Shown here in pieces: positions 45,517 through 55,652 of a stretch of 64,000 bases of DNA. The stretch's first letter is position 1, and each line of letters begins with the position of its first letter. The stretch spans positions 396 through 64,395 of the forward strand of contig DASYDR010000095.1 of assembly GCA_036499545.1 (NCBI GenBank), written 5' to 3'. The notes below the pieces were generated by a model. The model had not been told where the DNA came from and did not search any database. It saw only the letters and a list, made by a program, of their open reading frames with translations. This stretch comes from Roseomonas sp. GTDB lineage: Bacteria > Pseudomonadota > Alphaproteobacteria > Acetobacterales > Acetobacteraceae. The translations under genes were made by a program, and so were the position numbers.

Positions 45517-45746
45517 TGGCGTCTCATATGCCATGAACCCGGCCGAACGCGGCGCAGTTTTGTCTAAAAAATTGATAAATGGTTTAAGAGTTGACGAGAT
45601 ATGAATGATCCGCTACCGAATGAGTGGCGCGCAGCGTTGTTGCGCAACGCCCGCGTGCGGGCGAGCGATTCATCGCCCGGCCGACACGGAGCCATCCTGT
45701 CGGCACCGGGCGTGGGATGGAGTGCGGATGCATGCGAGGCGGAGCA

Positions 45747-46199
45747 ATGATGATGGTCAGTGGTGAGGCTGGCGAACGCGCCGATCGGGAACATCGGCCG
45801 AGCCCCATCGATGTGCATGTCGGCAGCCGGGTGCGCCTGCGCCGGACGCTGCTTGGCATGAGCCAGGAAAAGCTGGGCGAGGCCCTGGGCCTGACCTTCC
45901 AGCAGGTGCAGAAATACGAGCGCGGTGTGAACCGCATCGGCGCCAGCCGCCTGTTCGATCTGTCCCGCGTCCTGGATGTGCCGATCGGCTTCTTCTTCGA
46001 CGACATGCAGGGCGTGCCTGGCGGCCGTGCCACCCGCGCCGCGGTAGCCGGCTTCGCCGAACCGCAGGACGGCTTCGACGACGACACGCTGCACCGCCGC
46101 GAAACGCTGGAACTGGTCCGCGCCTATTACAGGATCACCGATCCTTCGATCCGCAAGCGCGTCTTCGATCTGATCAAGACGCTGTCCCCGACGGAATGA
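45747..46199 (+). CDS. XRE-family HTH transcriptional regulator (conserved alphaproteobacterial type)
   Basis: SPIDVHVGSRVRLRRTLLGMSQEKLGEALGLTFQQVQKYERGVNRIGASRL. GGAG RBS before ATG 45747. Confidence 0.92.
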   Translation: MMMVSGEAGERADREHRPSPIDVHVGSRVRLRRTLLGMSQEKLGEALGLTFQQVQKYERGVNRIGASRLFDLSRVLDVPIGFFFDDMQGVPGGRATRAAVAGFAEPQDGFDDDTLHRRETLELVRAYYRITDPSIRKRVFDLIKTLSPTE

Positions 46200-46283
46200 T
46201 CGCCGCGCGGCGGCATGCGCGGCCCTGGCTCGCCGGGTCGCGCCGCCGCTGCAACGGATATTGGCCTGTGGTCGTGTCCGGGG

Positions 46284-46847
46284 TCATTCCGGGGGCAGCA
46301 GGGCCGCGATCCGGGTCAGCGCGCCGTCGCGCATGCCGAGCGCGGCGAGATGCGCCAGGGTGTTCATCAGATACTCGCGATTGCTGCCGGTCTCGCCGCG
46401 TCCCCGCGCGATGATCCCGGCCGCCGTTTCCGGGGCCAGCCGGCCGCAATAATGGCGGCTCGCGCGCCGGGCGACATAGGTCACTGCCTGTACCGGTTGC
46501 GCCGCGCCGCGCAGCCGCACCGGCAGCACGCGCCGATCATAGACGATCTCCAACCCGTCCGGCAGCTCGCGCGCATCGAGATAGGCCAATACCTGCCCGG
46601 CCTCCGCCGCCGCGACCCGGAACACCACGCCGCGGCAGGCGCCGCCGCGATCCAGCCCCAGCACCAGCCCTGGTACTTCCGGCGTGCCGCGGTAGCGGTG
46701 GCTCCACAGGCAGAATCGGCGATGGAAGCCGCGCAGCAGCGCCGGCATCGCCGCGAGATGGACGAAGCCCGGCCGCCAGATCAGCGACCCGTAGCCGAAC
46801 ACATAGAGGTGACCGTCGGCATCGAGCGGCGGCGTCGCCGTCACCAT
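46284..46847 (-). CDS. chaC: ChaC-like gamma-glutamylcyclotransferase
   Basis: YVFGYGSLIWRPGF, HRYRGTPEVPGLVLGL..GGAC.G, G..GSNREYL. Confidence 0.9.
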   Translation of the reverse strand: MVTATPPLDADGHLYVFGYGSLIWRPGFVHLAAMPALLRGFHRRFCLWSHRYRGTPEVPGLVLGLDRGGACRGVVFRVAAAEAGQVLAYLDARELPDGLEIVYDRRVLPVRLRGAAQPVQAVTYVARRASRHYCGRLAPETAAGIIARGRGETGSNREYLMNTLAHLAALGMRDGALTRIAALLPPE

Positions 46848-46918
46848 GGGGAAGAATGCCGGGCCGTTGCCGTCGGCGGTCGCAAGGTCACCACATTGCG
46901 GCTATACCGCCGGCCATC

Positions 46919-48022
46919 ATGACCGCCAAGCCGATGCGCGCCGTACTGGGCGCCCTCCTGCTGTTCGCCGGCCTCGCCGCCGCGCATTCCGTGTTGTGGC
47001 GCTGGGCGGGCGGCCAGCTCGAGCGCGGCTTTGCCACCTGGGAAGAACAGCGCCGCGCCCTCGGTTGGGTCGTGGAGCACGGCCCTCCGATCAGAGGCGG
47101 CTGGCCGCTGGCCGCGACCCTCACCGTCCCCGGCCTGCGCATCGTCGCCACCGGCCCCAGCCTGCCCGGCGGTGCCGAATGGCAGGTCCAGGCACTGGTC
47201 TTCCGGGTCTCGGCACCGCGCATCGGCCAGCTCGTCGTCGAAGCGCGCGGCCGCCAGCGCCTGCGCTTCGACACCGTGGAACTGCCCTTCGCCGCCGATC
47301 GCCTCGACGTCACCCTGCCGATCGAAGCCGGCGTCCCGCTGCGCGAAGCCGAAATCATCGCCGACCACCTGCGCATGTCGACCCCCGCCGGACCGCTCGA
47401 GCTGCAGAGCGGGCGCCTTGGCATCGAAACCCGCACCAGCGCTACCGAAGCCGAACCGGCCCTGGCTCTCTCCCTCACGCTGGAAGCCCTGGACCTGCCG
47501 CCGGACCTCGCATCCCAGCCCGCCCTCGGCGTCTTCGGCCGGCGGATCGAAAGCCTGACCGCCGATGCCGCCCTGACCGGCCCGCTGCCGGGCGGCCGCG
47601 ACCCGGTGGCGCGTGCCGAGCAGTGGCGCGACAATGGCGGCACCCTGGAAGTCCGGTCCCTCAACCTGCGCTGGGGTCCGATCAGCGGTGACGCCTCGGC
47701 GACCCTCACCCTCGACGAAACCCTGCAGCCGATGGGCACGGCCACCCTTCGCCTGGCCGGTGCCGGCGAAGCGATTCGCGCCCTCTCCGTCGCCGGCGCA
47801 CTGACGCCGCGCATGGCCGGCACGGCCACCGCGGCCGTGCTGCTGCTGCAGCGTCCGGCCGAAGATGGCGGTCCGCCGCGGGTGGAGCTGCCCCTGACCC
47901 TGCAGGAACGCCAATTGACGGCGGCCCGCGTCCCGGTGCTGCGCCTGGCCCCGATCGAATGGCCCCGCGCCCAGCCCGGCACCGATCCGGGCGAAGACCC
48001 GACCCTGCCGCGGCGGCGGTAG
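46919..48022 (+). CDS. DUF2125-type protein
   Basis: N-terminal TM/signal, G.PIRGGWPL, GGTLEV..L.WGP..G..TLTLD..LQP.G. Divergent from chaC, as is typical. Confidence 0.7.
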   Translation: MTAKPMRAVLGALLLFAGLAAAHSVLWRWAGGQLERGFATWEEQRRALGWVVEHGPPIRGGWPLAATLTVPGLRIVATGPSLPGGAEWQVQALVFRVSAPRIGQLVVEARGRQRLRFDTVELPFAADRLDVTLPIEAGVPLREAEIIADHLRMSTPAGPLELQSGRLGIETRTSATEAEPALALSLTLEALDLPPDLASQPALGVFGRRIESLTADAALTGPLPGGRDPVARAEQWRDNGGTLEVRSLNLRWGPISGDASATLTLDETLQPMGTATLRLAGAGEAIRALSVAGALTPRMAGTATAAVLLLQRPAEDGGPPRVELPLTLQERQLTAARVPVLRLAPIEWPRAQPGTDPGEDPTLPRRR

Positions 48023-48069
48023 CGCCTCGCCGCCTCCACCGGGCACCGGGCGAAGCCGCGCCGGAGGAT

Positions 48070-48860
<791 letters not shown>

Positions 48861-48864
<4 letters not shown>

Positions 48865-49937
48865 GAATCGACCCCAACCATGCGCCGGCGCAGCAGCCAG
48901 AGGAAGAAGGGCGCGCCGAGCAGTGCCGTCACCACGCCGACCGGCAATTCGGCGGGGGCTGCCAAGCTGCGTGCGGCGAGGTCGGCCAGCACCAGCAGCG
49001 CGGCGCCGAGCAGGGCGGAGCCGGGCAGGACGATGCGATGGTCGGCCCCGAAGCCGAGACGCAGCAGATGCGGCACGACCAGGCCGACGAAGCCGACCAG
49101 ACCGGTGAAGCCGACGCCGGCGGCGACCGCGATGGCGGCCAGCAGGATGGCCGCCCGCTTCGTCGCGGCGACGCGCAGGCCCAGGTGGAAGGCCTCCGCC
49201 TCGCCCAGGATCAGCGCATTCAGCGGCCGTGCCAGGCCGCAGAGCAGCAGCGTCGGCAGCCCGACCAGGGCCAGCAGCACCGGCAGGTGCGCCCAGCGCG
49301 CGCCGGAGAGGGAGCCGAGGGTCCAGAAGGTGATGTCCCGTGCCTGGCGGTCATCGGCCATGAAGATCAGCAGGCCGGTCAGCGCGGTCGCGATCGCGTT
49401 GACCGCGACGCCGGCCAGCAGCAGGGTCGCGACCTGCGCGCCGCCGCCGGTATTGCCGAGCCTGACCATGGCGAGGGTCGCGAGCAGCCCGCCGCAGAAG
49501 GCCGCGGCCGGCAGCAGCCAGAGGCCGAGAACCCCTGCCGCGGCGCCGAACCAGGTGCCGCCAAGCACGATGGCGGCGACCGCGGCCAGGGCCGCGCCGG
49601 CCGAAACGCCGATCAGGCCGGGATCGGCGAGCGGGTTGCGGAACAGGCCCTGTAGCGCGGCGCCGGCGCTGCCGAGCCCGGCGCCGACCAGCGCACCGAG
49701 CAGCACGCGCGGCAACCGCACCACGCCGAGCACCGCGGCGTCGCGCCGAAAGGCTTCCGGCAATGGCGCGATGCCGAGCAGGTCCCGCAGCACCGCGAGG
49801 AAGCCCGCCGGGGAGACCCGCGCCGGGCCGAGCAGGATACCGGCGAGCATCGCCGTCAGCAGCACCAGGATGCCGAGCAGCAGCGCCACGGTGCGCGCCG
49901 GCGGCCCGCGCGTCGCCGTGGCCGCTGCCAGGCTCAT
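48861..49937 (-). CDS. hmuU: Heme ABC transporter permease (FecCD)
   Basis: RLPRVLLGALVG..LQGLFRNPLADPGLIGVSAGA, FWTLGSL, GLVGFVGLVVPH, ELPVGVVTALLGAPFF. Confidence 0.92.
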
Positions 49938-50800
49938 GCCCAGGCTCTGGCCGGCAGCTCGGGCAGGTGCGCGTCGGGATGCAGTTGCCGGGCCAGGTCG
50001 CGCCGCGCCTGCGCCGCGCGCGGTCCGAAGCCGAGCGCATAGGAGCCGTCGACGGCGACCACCCGCCGGGACGCGGCGGCGGGTGTGACCGCCAGCGCCG
50101 GGATCGCCAGCAGCGCCTCGACGCCGCCGGCTTCGCCGATGCTGTGCTCCATCATGATGATGGCCTGCGGCGCCAGGGTCGCGGCGGCTTCGGCGGAAAG
50201 CGGACGATAGCCGGTGAAGTCGCGGACCGCGTTCTCCGCGCCGGCGGCGCGCAGCATGGCGTCGGCATGGGTGTCCCGGCCGGAGACCAGCGGCGCGCCG
50301 CGGGCGGCCGACAGCAGGAAGAGCACGCGGGGCCGGGGCAGGGCGGCGATGGGGGCATCCAGCGCCTGCCAGTCGGCGGCCACTGCCGCGGTTACCGCTT
50401 CGCCCGGCAGGCCGAGGGCGGCGGCGACGGCGCGGATCTTGGCTTCCGCGGCGCCGGGGCCGGCACCGTCGCGGATCGTCGCGATCGGCAGGCCGGCGGC
50501 GTGCAGCACCGCGAGCGCCTGCGCCGGCCCGGCCTCATCCGAGAGTAGCAGCAGATCCGGGCGCAGCGCGAGCAGCCCTTCCGGGGCCAGGGCGCGCATA
50601 TAGCCGATCTGCGGCAGGGCCTGCACCGCCGCGGGGAAACGGCTGGTGGTATCGACCGCCGCGACCTGGGCGCCGGCACCGAGCGCGAAGGCGGCTTCGG
50701 TGATCGCGCCGCCGACGCTGACGATGCGCCCGGGGCCGGCGGCCCGGGCGGCGCCGAAGGCCAGCAGCGCCGCCGGCAGCAGGACGCGCCGGGTGATCAC
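49934..50800 (-). CDS. hmuT: Heme ABC transporter substrate-binding protein
   Basis: RIVSVGGAITE..FALGA..VAVDTTS.FP..LPQIGYMRAL..EGLLAL.P (heme-ligand Tyr region). The GTG start at 50800 overlaps the hmuS stop. Confidence 0.9.
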   Translation of the reverse strand: MITRRVLLPAALLAFGAARAAGPGRIVSVGGAITEAAFALGAGAQVAAVDTTSRFPAAVQALPQIGYMRALAPEGLLALRPDLLLLSDEAGPAQALAVLHAAGLPIATIRDGAGPGAAEAKIRAVAAALGLPGEAVTAAVAADWQALDAPIAALPRPRVLFLLSAARGAPLVSGRDTHADAMLRAAGAENAVRDFTGYRPLSAEAAATLAPQAIIMMEHSIGEAGGVEALLAIPALAVTPAAASRRVVAVDGSYALGFGPRAAQARRDLARQLHPDAHLPELPARAWA

Positions 50801-51834
50801 GCCGCGGCGTCCCGTGGGGCATGCCGTTCCGCGATAGCGGCCGCGATGGCCCGCCATTCCGGCAGTTCCGGCTGGCCCGGCTTGCGGGCGCCGAACAGCA
50901 TGGCGACCACCTCGCCCTCCACATCGAGCAGTTCGATGGAGGTGACGGCGCCATCGGCGGTCGGCTTCACCACGCGCCAGGCGGCGGCGACGCCGGCTTC
51001 CCGGAGATGCAGGTTGAAGTCGGCATCGAGCACGTTGAACCAGCCAGGGATGTCGACCAGGCGCGCCACCGGTCCGGTATGGATCTGGATGGCATTGCGG
51101 TTGCCGACGAAGACCATCACCGGCACCGCCTGCTCGGCGGCCAGCCGCAGCGCCCCGGCGCCGGCCTGCGGGTCGAGGCGGAGTGCCAGGTCGCTGCCGG
51201 CGGCGCCGAAGGCCTGGCGCCGCGTCGCCTTATGGGCGCGGAGCAGGGTGATGAAGTCATGGGTGTCGCGCAGGCCGAGCCAGTCGGTGCGCAGCGCATG
51301 CGGGTCGATGCTGCCTTCGGGCCTGGGCTCCGGATGCGCGGCGGGCGTCGCGGGCGGGGCTTCGATGGCGGCGACGGTGAAGCCGGTGACGATCCTGGCC
51401 CAGCCATCGTGGTCGGTGGCGTCCGTGGCGTAGACCTTGTGCACGGCGACGCCGTCGCGGTCGAAGACCTGGATCGACGGGTGTTCGCCGCCCATCGCAT
51501 AGGCATGCGTCCAGCGGCCGGGGAACAGGCGCAGGTCGATCTCCGGGCCCAGCACCAGGATATGGCCGGGGCCGGCGCTGATGTCGCGGAAGCGGCCCTT
51601 CCGTTCGTGCACCGCGTGCTCGTTGCGGGTCAGTGCCATGATGTGCCCCGCCTGCGGCATGGCGCTGATCAGCGCGCCCCAGTCGGGCCGCAGCGGGATC
51701 GCGGTGCCGAGGGCGCCGGAGGCCACCAGCGCCGCCTCGGTGGTGCCGAGGCGTTTGGCGGCGTCGCGGGCACGCGGGGCCTTGCCGCCCGCTTCGCGCA
51801 CCAGCTCCTGGTAATGCTCGATGATGGCGGACAT
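50797..51834 (-). CDS. hmuS: Hemin-degrading/trafficking protein HemS/HmuS
   Basis: RARDAA..LG..EAALV, MALTRNEHAVHERKG, IDLRLF, MVFVGN..IQIHTG, VLDADFNLHL, VVKPTADG.VTSIE. Confidence 0.93.
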   Translation of the reverse strand: MSAIIEHYQELVREAGGKAPRARDAAKRLGTTEAALVASGALGTAIPLRPDWGALISAMPQAGHIMALTRNEHAVHERKGRFRDISAGPGHILVLGPEIDLRLFPGRWTHAYAMGGEHPSIQVFDRDGVAVHKVYATDATDHDGWARIVTGFTVAAIEAPPATPAAHPEPRPEGSIDPHALRTDWLGLRDTHDFITLLRAHKATRRQAFGAAGSDLALRLDPQAGAGALRLAAEQAVPVMVFVGNRNAIQIHTGPVARLVDIPGWFNVLDADFNLHLREAGVAAAWRVVKPTADGAVTSIELLDVEGEVVAMLFGARKPGQPELPEWRAIAAAIAERHAPRDAAA

Positions 51835-52020
51835 GGGCGGGCTCCTCCGGGCGGTTCGGGCGGACATGCACCGGCGACCCGGGATCCGGCCTGGCGGCCG
51901 CCGATGGAGGCAAGGCGGAGGCCCGGCGCCGCCGCGCGGGCCGCCGCACACTATCCGTTGCGTGAACGACTATCGCATGCGGAGCGTTGCCGCCCCGTGG
52001 CGATCCGTCCGCGCGCTACG

Positions 52021-52209
52021 TCACTTCGTGAGGATCAGCTTGTCATTGCTGGTGCGGCGCAGGCGATAGACGTCGGCGCCATGCTGGATCTCGAGCTCGT
52101 GCTCGGCCTTCAGCAGCTCGACGCTGGAAACCCGGCGCGGCGGCATGGCGGCGCCATGCAGGGGAGCCGGGCGGGGGGACGCGGACAGGGTGGTCTCGGA
52201 CTTGAACAC
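52021..52209 (-). CDS. hemP: Hemin uptake protein HemP/HmuP
   Basis: VSSVELL....ELEIQHGADVYRLRRTSNDKLILTK. GTG start at 52209 with a GGAGG RBS. Confidence 0.92.
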   Translation of the reverse strand: MFKSETTLSASPRPAPLHGAAMPPRRVSSVELLKAEHELEIQHGADVYRLRRTSNDKLILTK

Positions 52210-52245
52210 GGAAGCCTCCGTTCGCGGGATGTGGCGCGCCCTAGA

Positions 52246-52260
52246 TGCGAATAATTCGCA
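52246..52260. promoter_or_regulatory. Fur-type 7-1-7 box upstream of hemP-hmuSTUV
   Basis: Perfect inverted repeat TGCGAAT-A-ATTCGCA, just downstream of a minus-strand TTGACC (-35, 52266-52271). Confidence 0.8.
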
Positions 52261-52422
52261 ATTGCGGTCAAGAGGGAAGTGGGGGCCGAGGCTGCCAGGC
52301 GGGCAGGTGATTCGAATGTGAATCGGCAATGCCTCACGTTACACGCGGCCCTGTTGCGCAATGCGGAGGGCGCGGGTTAGGCACGCAGCCCGACCTTCGC
52401 CGTTCACGAGGCTCACGACCGC

Positions 52423-53643
52423 ATGGTGTTCCGCTTCCGCGCGCAGTTTCTCGCCCTTCTCCTGGTGCTGCTCGGCGCCTCCGGCATCGCCTTCGCGGAT
52501 GAGCAGGAACCGCCTTCCTTCGACGGCACGGAACGGGTGATCACCGCGCGGCGCAACGATACGCTGGCGGATATGCTGCGCAGCGCCGGCATCGCGGCGG
52601 CGGAAGCGCAGGCGGTATTCGCCGCCTTGCAGCCGGCCTTCGGCCCGCGCGACCTGCGACCCGGACAGGAGCTCAGCCTCTGGTTCGACAGCGAGGATGA
52701 GGATGCGCTGCGCGCCGTGGCGATCGAGCCTTCACCCGGCCAGGTCGTCGCGGTGCGCCGCGTCAATGACGGCTGGAAGCTGGAACAGTACCGGGCCCCG
52801 CAATCCCGGTTCCTGGCGCGGGTCGAGACCGGGATCGATGATGGCGTCCTGCCATCCCTGACCCGGGCCGGGCTGCCGGCGCCGCTGGCGCTCCGCCTGA
52901 TCCGCGCGCTGCAGTACGAAGTCGATTTCCAGCGCGACATCCAGCCGGGCGATCGCATCGCCGTCGCTTTCGAGCGTTATCGCGGCCCCGACGGCACGCT
53001 GCTGCGGCATGGCCGTGTGCTGCACGCGGCGCTGACGCTCTCGGGCCGCGTGGTCGAGGTCTGGCGGCACGAGGCGGGTGAGGATGACACCGGCTGGTAT
53101 GACGGCAATGGCCGGCCGCTCTCCGGTCGTTTCATGCGCACCCCGCTCGATGGCGCCCGGATTTCCTCCGGCTTCGGGCCGCGCCGGCATCCGCTGCTCG
53201 GTTACAGCCGCATGCACCAGGGCATCGATTTCGCCGCGCCGACCGGCACCGCCGTCTATGCCGCGGCGCCGGGCCGTGTCCTGGTCGCGCATGCCGAACA
53301 CGGCTATGGCCAGACCATCGTGCTCGTCCACGCCAACGGCACCCGGACCCGCTACGCGCATCTCTCGCGCTTCGCCCGGGGCCTACGCGCCGGCATGACG
53401 GTCCGGCAGGGGCAGACCATCGGCGCCGTCGGTGCCACCGGCCTCGCCACCGGCCCGCACCTGCACTACGAGTTGATCGTCGGCGGGCAGCCGCGCGATC
53501 CGTCCCGCACGCTGATCGCGACCGATACGCCGCTGCGCGGCCGCGCCCTGGCCGTCTACCAGGCGGAGCGGCGCCGGCTGCAGCAGCATCTCGCGCACAT
53601 GATCGGCTCCGGCGCGGTGGAGCTGGCGATGGCGCCCGACTGA
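52423..53643 (+). CDS. M23-family metalloendopeptidase (MepM-like)
   Basis: PLDGARISSGFGPRRHP, HQGIDFAAP (HxxxD), GYG...V.VH...TRYAHLS, ATGPHLHYE (HxH). Confidence 0.92.
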   Translation: MVFRFRAQFLALLLVLLGASGIAFADEQEPPSFDGTERVITARRNDTLADMLRSAGIAAAEAQAVFAALQPAFGPRDLRPGQELSLWFDSEDEDALRAVAIEPSPGQVVAVRRVNDGWKLEQYRAPQSRFLARVETGIDDGVLPSLTRAGLPAPLALRLIRALQYEVDFQRDIQPGDRIAVAFERYRGPDGTLLRHGRVLHAALTLSGRVVEVWRHEAGEDDTGWYDGNGRPLSGRFMRTPLDGARISSGFGPRRHPLLGYSRMHQGIDFAAPTGTAVYAAAPGRVLVAHAEHGYGQTIVLVHANGTRTRYAHLSRFARGLRAGMTVRQGQTIGAVGATGLATGPHLHYELIVGGQPRDPSRTLIATDTPLRGRALAVYQAERRRLQQHLAHMIGSGAVELAMAPD

Positions 53644-53810
53644 ATTGTAAGGCCGCGTGGCATCCGCCGGAGGCTTAGCTTTCTCGCCGCGGCGACCATG
53701 CCGCCACCCCCTCGCTCGATCGCCGCGTTGGTGCGAAGCTTCCCGTATACGTCGAGCGCGCCTGGCCTCAGCCGGGCGCGCTGCCTTGCAAGGGAAGAAA
53801 GCTCCGTCCG

Positions 53811-55562
53811 ATGAACGCCGACATCAAGCCGCGCCGCCGCACGCCAGAGTCGCTCCGCTCCGCCCGCTGGTTCGGCCCCGCCGACCTCCGCAGTTTCGGG
53901 CACCGCTCCCGTGGTTTCCAGATGGGCTATTCGCAGGAGGAATGGCAGGGCAAGCCGGTCATCGCCATCGTCAACACCTGGTCGGATATCAGCCCCTGCC
54001 ACGTGCATCTGCGCAGCCGCGCGGAGGACGTGAAGCGCGGCGTGCTGCAGGCGGGCGGCTTCCCGATCGAGCTGCCGGCGATCTCGGTCGCCGAGATCTT
54101 CGTCAAGCCGACCACCATGCTCTACCGCAACATGCTGGCGATGGAGACGGAGGAGCTGCTGCGCAGCCATCCGGTCGACGGCGCCGTGCTGCTCGGCGGC
54201 TGCGACAAGTCGACGCCCGGGCTGCTGCTCGGCGCCACCAGCATGAACCTGCCGACCATCTATGTCCCCGCCGGGCCGATGCTGCGCGGCAACTGGGCCG
54301 GCAAGACCCTCGGCTCCGGCTCCGACAGCTTCAAGTACTGGGAGGAGCTGCGTGCCGGCACCATCACCCAGGAAGACTGGCTCGGCGTCGAGCAGGGCAT
54401 CGCGCGCAGCCACGGCACCTGCATGACCATGGGCACCGCCAGCACCATGACCGCGATCGCGGAAGCGATCGGCATGGTGCTGCCCGGCGGCTCCTCCATC
54501 CCCGCCGTCGATGCCGCGCATCCGCGCCTCGCCGCCGAATCCGGCCGGCGCATCGTCGACATGGTGTGGGAGGACCTGACCCCCGCCCGCATCCAGACCC
54601 GCGACGCCTTCGAGAATGCGATCGCGGTCGCCATGGCGATGGGCTGCTCGACCAATGCCATCATCCATCTGCTGGCGATGGCGCGACGGGCCGGCACCGA
54701 TATCGGCCTCGAGGATTTCGAGCGCATGAGCCGCATCGTGCCGGTGATCGGCAATGTGCGGCCGTCCGGCACCACCTACCTGATGGAGGATTTCTTCTAT
54801 GCCGGCGGCATCCGCGCCCTGATGGAGCGCATTCGCGGCCATCTGCACACCGATGCCATCACCTGCACCGGCCGCACGGTGGGCGAGAATATCGCCGGCG
54901 CCCGCGTCTACAATGACGACGTCATCCGCCCGGTCGAGAACCCGATCTACCGGGAAGGCGCGCTGGCGGTGCTGAAGGGCAACCTGGCGCCCGATGGCTG
55001 CGTCATCAAGCCCTCGGCCTGCGATCCGCGCTTCCTGAAACACAGCGGGCCGGCCCTGGTGTTCGACGACTACCCGGCGCTGAAGAAGGCGGTGGATGAC
55101 GAGGATCTCGACGTCACGCCGGACCATGTTCTGATCCTGCGCAATGCCGGGCCGCAGGGCGGGCCGGGCATGCCGGAATGGGGCATGCTGCCGATGCCGA
55201 AGAAGCTGCTGAAGCAGGGCTATCGCGACATGCTGCGGCTGTCCGATGCGCGTATGTCGGGCACCAGCTACGGCGCCTGCGTGCTGCATGTGGCGCCGGA
55301 AAGCTATGTCGGCGGGCCGCTGGCGCTGGTGCGGAACGGCGACATCATCAGCATCGATGTCGATGCGCGCCGCATCAGCCTGGATATCCCGGATGAGGAG
55401 ATGGAACGCCGCCGCGCCGCCTGGACGCCGCCGCCGGTGCGCTACCACCGCGGCTATGGCTGGATGTTCAGCCGCCATATCCAGCAGGCGAATGAAGGCT
55501 GCGACTTCGATTTCCTGCGCACCGATTTCGGCGCGCCGGTCGAAGAGCCGGCGATCTACTGA
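53811..55562 (+). CDS. araD: IlvD/Edd-family sugar-acid dehydratase (L-arabinonate dehydratase-like)
   Basis: LRSARWFGPADLRSFGHRSR, NTWSDISPCH, GGCDKSTPG, GTCMTMGTASTM, SDARMSGTSYG, HVAPE. The substrate is not verifiable from sequence alone. Confidence 0.8.
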   Translation: MNADIKPRRRTPESLRSARWFGPADLRSFGHRSRGFQMGYSQEEWQGKPVIAIVNTWSDISPCHVHLRSRAEDVKRGVLQAGGFPIELPAISVAEIFVKPTTMLYRNMLAMETEELLRSHPVDGAVLLGGCDKSTPGLLLGATSMNLPTIYVPAGPMLRGNWAGKTLGSGSDSFKYWEELRAGTITQEDWLGVEQGIARSHGTCMTMGTASTMTAIAEAIGMVLPGGSSIPAVDAAHPRLAAESGRRIVDMVWEDLTPARIQTRDAFENAIAVAMAMGCSTNAIIHLLAMARRAGTDIGLEDFERMSRIVPVIGNVRPSGTTYLMEDFFYAGGIRALMERIRGHLHTDAITCTGRTVGENIAGARVYNDDVIRPVENPIYREGALAVLKGNLAPDGCVIKPSACDPRFLKHSGPALVFDDYPALKKAVDDEDLDVTPDHVLILRNAGPQGGPGMPEWGMLPMPKKLLKQGYRDMLRLSDARMSGTSYGACVLHVAPESYVGGPLALVRNGDIISIDVDARRISLDIPDEEMERRRAAWTPPPVRYHRGYGWMFSRHIQQANEGCDFDFLRTDFGAPVEEPAIY

Positions 55563-55576
55563 GCCTGTCATGCACG

Positions 55577-55629
55577 GAGCGTCCGATGATCGAAGGGCCG
55601 AATGGCCCGGAGATCTGAATCGGCCGCCC
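55577..55629. repeat. Third (inverted) copy of the 53-nt REP-like element
   Basis: gagcgtccgatgatcgaagggccgaatggcccggagatctgaatcggccgccc against the reverse complement of copy 2, gagcgtccgatggccggagggccgaatggcccgaaggtctgaatcggacgccc. Confidence 0.85.
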
Positions 55630-55652
55630 CATGAACGAGGAAATCTCCGACC

